Shown here piece after piece: positions 8,053 through 15,716 of a stretch of DNA of 24,559 bases. How positions within the stretch are numbered: the first letter of the stretch is position 1; each line of letters starts with the position of its first letter. Under the pieces are notes generated by a model that saw only the letters and a list, made by a program, of their open reading frames with translations, made no database searches and was not told the origin of the DNA. The translations under genes and the position numbers were made by a program. Source of the stretch: Thermodesulfovibrionia bacterium (GTDB lineage: Bacteria; Nitrospirota; Thermodesulfovibrionia; UBA6902); NCBI GenBank assembly GCA_964195875.1, contig CAXMSH010000001.1, forward strand, positions 1-24,559, given 5' to 3'.

Positions 8053-10851
8053 ATGTCAAAAGATTATAAAGAGACTCTGAATCTTCCAAAAACCGAATTC
8101 CCTATGAAGGCCAATCTCACCATGAAAGAGGTTGAGATGCTGAAATTCTGGGAAGAAGGCCGGATATATCAAAAGATGCAGGGGAGAAAAAGCTCGGGAA
8201 GCTATATACTGCATGACGGGCCTCCTTATGCCAACGGACATATTCATTTAGGGCATACACTCAATAAGGTCCTTAAGGACATAATCGTAAAGTATAAATC
8301 CATGAAGGGCTATTACGCTCCCTATGTCCCGGGCTGGGACTGTCACGGACTTCCGATTGAGCATCAGGTTGATAAGAAACTCGGCTCTAAAAAGGAAACA
8401 ACATCAATACTTGAGAAGAGAAAGTTGTGCAGGGAGTATGCAGGCAAGTTTCTGGATATACAGAGAGAGGAGTTCAAAAGACTCGGGGTCTTCGGTGACT
8501 GGAATAACCCATATATAACGATGTCCTTTAATTATGAGGCGTCGATAGTCAGGGAGCTTGGGAATTTTGTTGAAAAAGGGTATGTATACAAAGGGAAAAA
8601 ACCCGTACACTGGTGCCCGAACTGCGTAACGGCATTAGCAGAGGCAGAGGTAGAGTATGCCGATAAGAGATCACCTTCGATATACGTTAAATTCAGGGTA
8701 ATAAATCCTCAGGGCAAATTCAGTCCGGACCCGGTTAAAGGCACCTTTTTTGTTATCTGGACAACAACTCCATGGACAATTCCCGCTAACATGGCTTTGG
8801 CCCTGCATCCGCACTACTTGTACCGTCTTGTTAAGACACCCGACGGAGAGCTTATACTTGCGCAGGATCTGATAAAGGACTGTATGGAGAAGGCAGGTTA
8901 CAAGGAAGGTGAATACACAGTAACTGACGGGGCCTGGTCCGGAGCTGAACTGGAAGGGATTATATGCGTTCACCCCTGGATAGAGCGCGAGGTCAAGACA
9001 ATTCTTGGAGAGCATGTGACACTAGATCAGGGGACAGGTGTGGTTCATACCGCACCGGGCCATGGGGAAGAGGATTATGAGGTCGGTTTGAAGTACGGTC
9101 TTGACATATTTACACCAGTAAACCCCAAAGGGGTATTTACCCATGAGGTTAAGGATTTTGAGGGACAGTTTGTATATAAGGCCAACGAAGGTATAATCAA
9201 TCTGCTTAAGGATAGGGGGGCGCTTCTTGGCTCTCCTGATGAGACGACACACTCTTACCCTCACTGCTGGAGATGCAAAAAACCGGTCATCTTCAGGGCG
9301 ACCGAGCAGTGGTTCATTTCCGTTGAAGAAGGCAGCCTCAGGAAGAACGCGATAGAGGCTATAAAGGGGACAAAATGGATCCCTGAATGGGGCATGGAGA
9401 GAATGCGGGGTATGGTTGAAAAAAGGCCCGACTGGTGCATCTCAAGGCAGAGGGCATGGGGAGTGCCTATCACACTGTTTCAGTGTAAAGGATGCGGGGA
9501 ATTCATCACCGACAAGTCAGTTATAGACTCGGTTGTAAAAGAGGTGGAGAAATCAGGGGTTGATGTCTGGTTTGAAAAGCCGGCAAATGCTTTAATTCCA
9601 AGTGGTTATAAATGTTCTAAATGCAGTTCTACAGAGTTTGTTAAAGAGGCCGATATCCTTGATGTCTGGTTTGATTCAGGGGTTAGCCACGCCGCGGTAC
9701 TTGAAAAAGATGAGAGGCTGTCAAGCCCTGCCGACCTTTATCTTGAGGGCAGTGACCAGCACAGGGGTTGGTTTCAGTCATCGCTGCTCACCTCAGTAGC
9801 AACACGAGGGAGGGCGCCTTACAGGGCTGTGCTTACGCACGGTTTTGTGGTTGACGGCAAGGGCAAGAAGATGTCCAAGTCCATTGGAAATGTCATTTCA
9901 CCTCAGGAGATCACGAATAAGCACGGTGCGGAGATACTGAGGCTCTGGAGCTCATCAGCTGATTACAGAGAGGATATCAGGATCTCAAATGAGGTTATCG
10001 CTCGTCTCACAGAAGCTTACAGCAAAATAAGGAATACTTGCAGGTTCATGCTTGGCAATATAAATGATTTCGATTCATCCGGCGTATATAAGAAGGAAGA
10101 CCTTGCAGAGATAGACCTCCTGGCTATGAGTATGCTTCAGGGGCTTATTAAGAAGGTTGACAGGGCCTACGATACTTTTGCCTTTCACGAGGTATTTCAC
10201 TCAATTTATAACTTCTGCGTACTGGATATGAGCTCCTTTTACCTTGACATCTTAAAGGACCGTCTGTACACATTCCGAGCTGACTCGGATGAGAGGAGGT
10301 CAGCACAGTTTGTTCTGCATAACATATTGATTTCATTATCAAAAATGGTAGCACCGATACTTTCATTCACAGCTGAGGAGATCTGGGGACATCTTCCCGG
10401 AAGCGGTGAAGAGAGTGTCTTTTTGAGTGATTTTCCCGAGGTTAATGAAGAATATATCGATAATGATCTTGAAAAGAGATGGGAGGTCCTCATTAGGATT
10501 CGCAATGAGGTTAACAAGGCCCTTGAAATAAGGCGTCAGGAGAAGCTTATTGGGAACGCTCTTGAGGCAAAGGTGACGCTGTATCTTGATGACGCGTTAT
10601 ACATTTTAATTAAAGGATATTCAGACTATCTCCCGACCCTGTTCATAGTCTCTTCTGCTGAGGCCGTTAATAAGGATACCGCGGTTCCGGAAACGGCCTA
10701 TAAAAGCGAAGAGTTTGAAGGACTTGCGGTGCTTGTGGAGAGGGCTGAGGGTGAAAAATGCGGAAGGTGCTGGAACCGAAGCACGAGTGTTGGTGAATTT
10801 AAGGAACATCCCCAAATCTGTGAAAGATGCTGCAGGGTTGTAACATCTTGA
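8053..10851 (+). CDS. ileS: Isoleucine--tRNA ligase (type 1)
   Basis: 932 aa; LHDGPPYANGHIHLGH, PGWDCHGLPIE, WTTTPWT, DWCISRQR, EGSDQHRGWF, KMSKS, C-terminal CGRC..CERC zinc finger. Confidence 0.99.
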   Translation: MSKDYKETLNLPKTEFPMKANLTMKEVEMLKFWEEGRIYQKMQGRKSSGSYILHDGPPYANGHIHLGHTLNKVLKDIIVKYKSMKGYYAPYVPGWDCHGLPIEHQVDKKLGSKKETTSILEKRKLCREYAGKFLDIQREEFKRLGVFGDWNNPYITMSFNYEASIVRELGNFVEKGYVYKGKKPVHWCPNCVTALAEAEVEYADKRSPSIYVKFRVINPQGKFSPDPVKGTFFVIWTTTPWTIPANMALALHPHYLYRLVKTPDGELILAQDLIKDCMEKAGYKEGEYTVTDGAWSGAELEGIICVHPWIEREVKTILGEHVTLDQGTGVVHTAPGHGEEDYEVGLKYGLDIFTPVNPKGVFTHEVKDFEGQFVYKANEGIINLLKDRGALLGSPDETTHSYPHCWRCKKPVIFRATEQWFISVEEGSLRKNAIEAIKGTKWIPEWGMERMRGMVEKRPDWCISRQRAWGVPITLFQCKGCGEFITDKSVIDSVVKEVEKSGVDVWFEKPANALIPSGYKCSKCSSTEFVKEADILDVWFDSGVSHAAVLEKDERLSSPADLYLEGSDQHRGWFQSSLLTSVATRGRAPYRAVLTHGFVVDGKGKKMSKSIGNVISPQEITNKHGAEILRLWSSSADYREDIRISNEVIARLTEAYSKIRNTCRFMLGNINDFDSSGVYKKEDLAEIDLLAMSMLQGLIKKVDRAYDTFAFHEVFHSIYNFCVLDMSSFYLDILKDRLYTFRADSDERRSAQFVLHNILISLSKMVAPILSFTAEEIWGHLPGSGEESVFLSDFPEVNEEYIDNDLEKRWEVLIRIRNEVNKALEIRRQEKLIGNALEAKVTLYLDDALYILIKGYSDYLPTLFIVSSAEAVNKDTAVPETAYKSEEFEGLAVLVERAEGEKCGRCWNRSTSVGEFKEHPQICERCCRVVTS

Positions 10852-11315
10852 AAAAACAATCTTTTGTCCCGCTTATAGCCTCTCTGGTAGTAATCTCGGA
10901 TTTTATCACCAAGCAAATGATACTTAAATGGGTAAAGCCTTATGAGTCGATTGATATACTCCCTTTCATAAATATTGTGCATGTAAAAAACGAGGGGGCT
11001 GCATTCGGCATGTTTGCTGCCCTTGGCAACAGTGTATTTATAATAATATCTCTAATTGCTATAATAGTAATAATATCGTATCTTGCCAGGATTAAGGGAA
11101 GGTTAGAGATTTTCTCCATTTCACTAATTCTTGGCGGAGCAACAGGCAACCTGATTGACAGGCTTACAATCGGTAAAGTAGTTGATTTCGTTGACTTTTT
11201 TGTGGGCAAGTGGCACTGGCCGGCCTTTAATGTTGCGGATTCAGCTTTGACCGTCGGGATTATACTCTTCTTTCTGGCCAGTATCAGGGAAAGTAATAAA
11301 AAAGGATTCAAGTGA
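10848..11315 (+). CDS. lspA: Lipoprotein signal peptidase II
   Basis: NEGAAFG, GATGNLIDR, VVDF, WPAFNVADS motifs. The likely start is the TTG at 10848 overlapping the ileS stop (TTGA), not 10827. Confidence 0.96.
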   Translation: MKKQSFVPLIASLVVISDFITKQMILKWVKPYESIDILPFINIVHVKNEGAAFGMFAALGNSVFIIISLIAIIVIISYLARIKGRLEIFSISLILGGATGNLIDRLTIGKVVDFVDFFVGKWHWPAFNVADSALTVGIILFFLASIRESNKKGFK

Positions 11316-11398
11316 ACAAATTTAAGAAAATATCTAAATACCTGTACGTTGGAACCACCGCCTCCACCTTCGACCTGAAACCCTATCCTTTTTATTAA
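11312..11398 (+). CDS. Possible 28-aa ORF coupled to lspA, or the 5' part of the zinc-finger gene
   Basis: GTG overlaps the lspA TGA and AAAGGA lies upstream. Reads MNKFKKISKYLYVGTTASTFDLKPYPFY*. Removing one T from the T5 run near 11389-11393 fuses it in frame to the next ORF. Confidence 0.35.
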   Translation: MNKFKKISKYLYVGTTASTFDLKPYPFY

Positions 11399-11405
11399 GC
11401 AATTT

Positions 11406-11573
11406 ATGAAAAATTCTGAAGATACAACTTCTCTCCCTCTGAAGAAAGGTAAAAAAGGCCTTAAAGGGGCAATAGAGCGATTAAAACATGGTCCTCACAA
11501 ATGTTTCTTCTGTTCCGAGACCTTTGATGGAATAAAGACCCTGCTGTCACATTTGAAAGATCACTGCAGGTGA
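11406..11573 (+). CDS. Small basic protein with one classical C2H2 zinc finger
   Basis: MKNSEDTTSLPLKKGKKGLKGAIERLKHGPHKCFFCSETFDGIKTLLSHLKDHCR*; C33-x2-C36-x3-F40-x5-L46-x2-H49-x3-H53. It ends 14 bp before the tsaD stop. Not in the ORF track. Confidence 0.7.
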   Translation: MKNSEDTTSLPLKKGKKGLKGAIERLKHGPHKCFFCSETFDGIKTLLSHLKDHCR

Positions 11574-11587
11574 TAAGCCTCTTCAGG

Positions 11588-12589
11588 TCAGCCTTGAGCT
11601 GACCCAAGAGGCATGTAAGCCTTTGGATTTAAAGAATAATCTGATACAACTCCTTCTTTGAAGCGAAAATATCCCGCAGATGCTATCATGGCGGCATTGT
11701 CAGTGCACAGGCTTATAGAAGGCAGATAAACCTCAACCCCCTCTTCCTTTGCAATCTTCCTGATACCGCTTCTCAGGACACTGTTTGCTGAAACACCACC
11801 TGAAAGCATAATTCTGTTAATCTTCTCGGCCTTAGCCGCATCCAGGACCTTTCTGATAAGGATATCGACCACAGCCTTCTGAAAACTTGCCGCAATATCC
11901 TCTTTTTTTGATTCAGGAGATTTTTTTGTATGATTAAGTACAGCCGTCTTTAATCCGCTGAAACTGAAATCATGGCTTCCCGGAAGCTTTGCCCTTGGGA
12001 ACCTTATCGCGTCAGGATCACCCTCTGATGATATCTTATCTATTATAGGACCCCCGGGATAGCCAAAACCGAGCAGTTTTGCCACCTTATCAAACGCCTC
12101 ACCGGCCGCGTCATCCCTGGTCCTCCCAATTTCTGTATAAAGCCCGAACCCATCTACTCTATATATGCTTGTATGGCCACCGGATACGATAAGGGCCAGA
12201 AAAGGGTAATCCGGACTCGGCTCTTCAAGGTGTATCGAAGCCACGTGCCCTTCCAGGTGGTTTACAGCTATCATCGGTATCTGCTTTACATAAGACAGGG
12301 ATTTCGCAAAGCATACACCCACAAGGAGCGAACCAATCAGGCCAGGTCCGTGACTCACAGCTATTGCGGATATATCCTCAAGATTAGCCTTTGCGCCATT
12401 GAGCGCCTCATCAACTACAGGCCAAATCATCTCAATATGTCTGCGGGAAGCGAGTTCCGGTACAATGCCGCCATACTTATTATGGATCGCATCCTGGTTA
12501 GAGACTATGTTTGAGACGATCCTCGTTCCGTCTTCTACAACTGCGGCTGATGTATCATCGCATGAGGTGTCTATTCCCAGTACAAGCAT
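11588..12589 (-). CDS. tsaD: tRNA N6-adenosine threonylcarbamoyltransferase TsaD
   Basis: 333 aa; LGIDTSCDDT, GGIVPELASRRH, GPGLIGSL, NHLEGH, VSGGHT, DDAAGEAFDK, FSFSGLKT, CTDNAAMIA. Confidence 0.98.
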   Translation of the reverse strand: MLVLGIDTSCDDTSAAVVEDGTRIVSNIVSNQDAIHNKYGGIVPELASRRHIEMIWPVVDEALNGAKANLEDISAIAVSHGPGLIGSLLVGVCFAKSLSYVKQIPMIAVNHLEGHVASIHLEEPSPDYPFLALIVSGGHTSIYRVDGFGLYTEIGRTRDDAAGEAFDKVAKLLGFGYPGGPIIDKISSEGDPDAIRFPRAKLPGSHDFSFSGLKTAVLNHTKKSPESKKEDIAASFQKAVVDILIRKVLDAAKAEKINRIMLSGGVSANSVLRSGIRKIAKEEGVEVYLPSISLCTDNAAMIASAGYFRFKEGVVSDYSLNPKAYMPLGSAQG

Positions 12590-12710
12590 TACATTTTATA
12601 GCATAGCGGTAACTATTCAGTCAATGACTGAACTAAGGGACAAAGGTGCAGAGGAACAGAGGCACAAAGCCCTCACAGCACTATACGCATATTTTGTAGT
12701 CACGGTTGAT

Positions 12711-12743
12711 TTGTTAACAAGCTATTAACAAGTTGTTAACTCT
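12711..12743. promoter_or_regulatory. Three 11-bp-phased direct repeats resembling weak DnaA boxes
   Basis: TTGTTAACAAG-CTATTAACAAG-TTGTTAACTCT. The repeats are seen directly; the DnaA assignment is inference (consensus TTATNCACA, 2-3 mismatches). Confidence 0.4.
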
Positions 12744-12851
12744 TCAAGGCTTTTTCTCAAGCCTCTTGCCTTTAATCTGTCATTCCACGATAAATCGGGA
12801 CGGGATATCAAAACAATAAAGGGCTCATTGACTTTAACATACCTTTAACGA

Positions 12852-12892
12852 TGTCATTCCGGCTTGTCCGGAATCAAAGAGAAATAGGATTC
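12852..12892. repeat. Uninterrupted GTCATTCC hairpin unit with conserved 3' tail
   Basis: TGTCATTCCGGCTTGTCCGGAATC-AAAGAGAAATAGGATTC. A similar tail (TCAAAGAGG..AGGATTC) occurs at ~13189-13207 and, reversed, at ~15624-15642. Confidence 0.85.
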
Positions 12893-12976
12893 TGAAGTAT
12901 AATTAAATAGCAACTCAAACACCCAACATTACAAGTTTGACATGACCACAACAACAAATAGCTGATAACTTCACAA

Positions 12977-12992
12977 GGTTCCACGTGGAACA
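12977..12992. promoter_or_regulatory. parS centromere-like site
   Basis: GGTTCCACGTGGAACA, containing the 14-bp palindrome GTTCCACGTGGAAC, a known chromosomal parS variant. Confidence 0.8.
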
Positions 12993-13106
12993 TATACATC
13001 TAAGGGGTGCTTTTCAAGATATTACCAACAAAATGTTGATAACTATTGAAAAGTGTTGCCATTTCCCAGCATTTAAAAAAGGACTAGTGTTTAGTCAAGC
13101 GTAAAG

Positions 13107-13295
13107 TGTCATTCCGGCCCTGGTCGCTCGCCTCGGGGCGAAGCAACGGGCCTTCAGCGCCGCCATAGGCGGGTAAACTTGTCCGGAGTCAAAGAGGATC
13201 AGGATTCCTATAATCCCTGCTCCCGAAGAACAGGACAGGCAAGCAGGGAAAGACTATGCGGACTTGCCCCGCCTGTCCCGATTCTTCGGGAGTTT
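13107..13295. repeat. Three-level nested hairpin element plus adjacent modules
   Basis: Host TGTCATTCCGGC|TTGTCCGGAGTC split by a 36-nt module (32/36 identical to 464-499), itself split by a 24-nt module (13127-13150). Two opposed TCCCGAAGAA..GGACAGG modules follow at ~13230-13282. Confidence 0.8.
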
Positions 13296-13417
13296 ATCGG
13301 GAAATGCCAATTCAAACAACCCGACATTATCGAGGATATACAATCAAAGGAGGAGAGGCTTGAAATGATGATTATCTCGTAGAACCTTGGAGTGCAATAA
13401 TATCTACACAAATCAAC

Positions 13418-13433
13418 TGTTCCACGTGGAACA
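13418..13433. promoter_or_regulatory. parS centromere-like site
   Basis: Perfect 16-bp palindrome TGTTCCACGTGGAACA. Confidence 0.85.
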
Positions 13434-13960
13434 ATTTAGAGTAGGGATAAATAAATCACGAAGAGTGACATTGGAATAAATACCTTAAGCATATAACTAT
13501 TTGATTAATAAGTATAATTACAACACAATATAATCACCATATTATCATGGCAGGTATTATGTAAAATTGCATTTTGGTAAATTAAGTCATTTTAGTGCAG
13601 TTGGCAAGTTTTGGCGGAGGTTTTTATAACTGGTCTTCCCCATCAAAAAAATTATATCAAGTTAGAAAATCATATAATAATCCTTAAAATCTCACAATTA
13701 TATTGATATATGTAACTTTTTCTGATATAACTACATAAAACCTGCTGAGCTGGGTCGGACCAAGGCAAGTCTTTGATTTATAAGGAAAACATGCTATATA
13801 ACATACCGTATTCGGTTTTAGAAGGCGCTTTTTTGGGCCAAAATGGTTGTTTTATCTTGACTGGGATGGGGTCTACAATATTCATTTTGTGGATTCTGTG
13901 AATTTATGTAACTATCTGATACCATTTAATAACTTATTAGACCAATTATAGGAGGTTATC

Positions 13961-14565
13961 ATACTGATTGTTTACTACTCGATGTATGGACACATCTATA
14001 AAATGGCACGGGCCGTAGAGGAAGGGGCGTGAAGGTTGAGGGCGTTACGGTTGACCTTCGGCGCGCCCCGGAAACGTTACCTGAGGCTGTTCTGGAGAAG
14101 ATGGGCGCTGTTGAGCCACAGAAACAGCAGGCTAACGTGGCAATCTGCACGGTGGAAGAGCTGGGTGAAGCCGATGCGGTTATCTTTGGCACCCCCACGC
14201 GTTTTGGAAACATGTGCGGACAGATGAGGCAGTTCCTTGACTCGACCGGGAAGCTGTGGATGAGTGGTTCCCTGGTCGGTAAGGCGGGCAGTGTCTTCGT
14301 AAGCTCTAACACACAGCACGGTGGACAGGAATCTACCATCCTCAGCTTCTATAATACCCTTCTGCATCACGGCATGGTGATTGTCGGCCTGCCCTACGCG
14401 TTTCAGGGACAGATGACGACGGATGAGATCAGCGGCTGTTCCCCGTATGGCGCCTCAACGGTTGCCGGCAGTGACGGGAGCCGTGTCCCAAGCGAGAACG
14501 AACTTGCCGGTGCGCGTTTTCAGGGAGAGCATGTCGCCAAAATCGCTAAAAAGCTGACAGGATGA
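13961..14565 (+). pseudogene. wrbA: NAD(P)H:quinone oxidoreductase WrbA, start codon missing and frameshifted
   Basis: AGGAGG RBS is followed directly by [23 protein letters not shown] (13961-14032) with no ATG. The remainder ([27 protein letters not shown]) is in the -1 frame from 14029. Confidence 0.8.
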
Positions 14566-14580
14566 AAATTAATTCAAAAC

Positions 14581-14675
14581 AGGGTTCAAGGATTCCAGGA
14601 TTCGAGGGTTTGTTTTCTATATTTTATAGGCGCTTTTATCATTTCACTTGAATCCCTGACCCCTCGAACCCTTCA
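14581..14675. repeat. 8-nt-periodic inverted element, second copy
   Basis: GGGTTCAA-GGATTCCA-GGATTCGA-GGG ... TCACTTGAATCCCTGACCCCTCGAACCC; same family as 7633-7837. Confidence 0.8.
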
Positions 14676-14699
14676 AATTTACTAATCAAGGAGGATATT

Positions 14700-14861
14700 A
14701 TGGAGATCATCAAAATAATTTTCGCGATTTTACTGCCGCCTTTGGGAGTATTTCTCCAGGTTGGAATAGGAAAACATTTCTGGATTAATATCATCTTAAC
14801 TTTACTTGGTTTTGTCCCCGGCATTGTTCATGCCATATGGGTTATCGCAAAAAACAAATAA
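14700..14861 (+). CDS. yqaE: YqaE/Pmp3-family small membrane protein
   Basis: MEIIKIIFAILLPPLGVFLQVGIGKHFWINIILTLLGFVPGIVHAIWVIAKNK*, 53 aa, with LLPP.GV and LTLLG..PG..HA.W signatures and an AGGAGG RBS. Not in the ORF track. Confidence 0.93.
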   Translation: MEIIKIIFAILLPPLGVFLQVGIGKHFWINIILTLLGFVPGIVHAIWVIAKNK

Positions 14862-14939
14862 GCCGCTGCAGCTGAATGACACCTCATTTGGCAAAATCAG
14901 GGGTTAGCGGTTATTTTATTATTTTATTGGTCGTTTAAA

Positions 14940-15449
14940 ATGAATACAAAGAAGAATATCTTCCTGACCGGCGCCCCTTCATCCGGCAAGACCACCATAA
15001 TAAAAAAAGTGGTAAGCAGGCTGGATCATCCTTCAAACGGATTCTATACTGAAGAAGAGAGAGTAGAGGGCAAGAGGGTCGGATTCTTAATGAAGACCCT
15101 TGACGGCAAGACCGGTTATCTCGCTCATCAGGATATTACATCCAGCTTCCGTATAAGGCGATACGGTGTCAGTATTGAAAATATCGAAACCATCGCCGTG
15201 CCTGCAATTGCTCCTCTTAACAGGAACATTATAATACTCGATGAGATAGGTAAGATGGAGTGTTTTTCCAAAGTTTTCAGACAGGCGGCAATAACCGCTC
15301 TTGATTCAGACAATATTGTCATAGGCACAATTACCCTTGGCGGTGATGACTTTATTCAGGGGATAAAAGAGAGGGGAAACCTGGAGATACACGAAGTTAC
15401 CCCGGATAACAGGGATTCTCTTCCGGATGTGATATTAAGAAGACTGTGA
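14940..15449 (+). CDS. THEP1-like nucleoside triphosphatase (NTPase_1 family)
   Basis: 169 aa; IFLTGAPSSGKTT, GFYTEE.R..G.R.GF, ILDEIGKME. Confidence 0.9.
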   Translation: MNTKKNIFLTGAPSSGKTTIIKKVVSRLDHPSNGFYTEEERVEGKRVGFLMKTLDGKTGYLAHQDITSSFRIRRYGVSIENIETIAVPAIAPLNRNIIILDEIGKMECFSKVFRQAAITALDSDNIVIGTITLGGDDFIQGIKERGNLEIHEVTPDNRDSLPDVILRRL

Positions 15450-15511
15450 ATTCCGTGCCAGCACACCAATCCCGCATATTGGGTGATTCTTACTACTCTT
15501 TCCTTTATATG

Positions 15512-15663
15512 GTCATTCCCGCTTGCCTGCCCGCCGTTTTTTTTGGAGGGTCGGGAATCTTCCTTTTAAAAAGGATGCCGGGCAAACCCGCAGAGTCTGT
15601 CCCTGTTTGTCAGGAATTACGTGAATCCTGTTCCTCTTTGATTCCGGTCAAGCCGGAATGACA
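15512..15663. repeat. Inverted pair of GTCATTCC hairpins between convergent genes
   Basis: GTCATTCCCGCTTG-[25-nt insert]-TCGGGAATC (15512-15559) and GATTCCGGTCAAGCCGGAATGACA (15640-15663). Confidence 0.85.
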
Positions 15664-15716
15664 GGCCTTATTGATAGCATCAAAATACACATTACACACA
15701 AACCGTTAGAACTTTC

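Noticed and set aside
13179-13411. 67-aa ORFs on both strands
   Set aside because: Largely translations of nested repeats. The tail KCQFKQPDIIEDIQSKEERLEMMIIS matches no family I can support.
13537-13565. dif-like site (TTATGTAAAAT resembles the XerD arm)
   Set aside because: The XerC arm ending in ATAA is absent at the 6-bp spacing, and a dif site beside parS would be atypical.
13959-14370. Antisense ORFs over wrbA, and similar shadow ORFs over folP, trpB2, ftsH, ileS, lspA, MMPL, nitroreductase and ALDH
   Set aside because: They overlap well-supported genes and lack family motifs.
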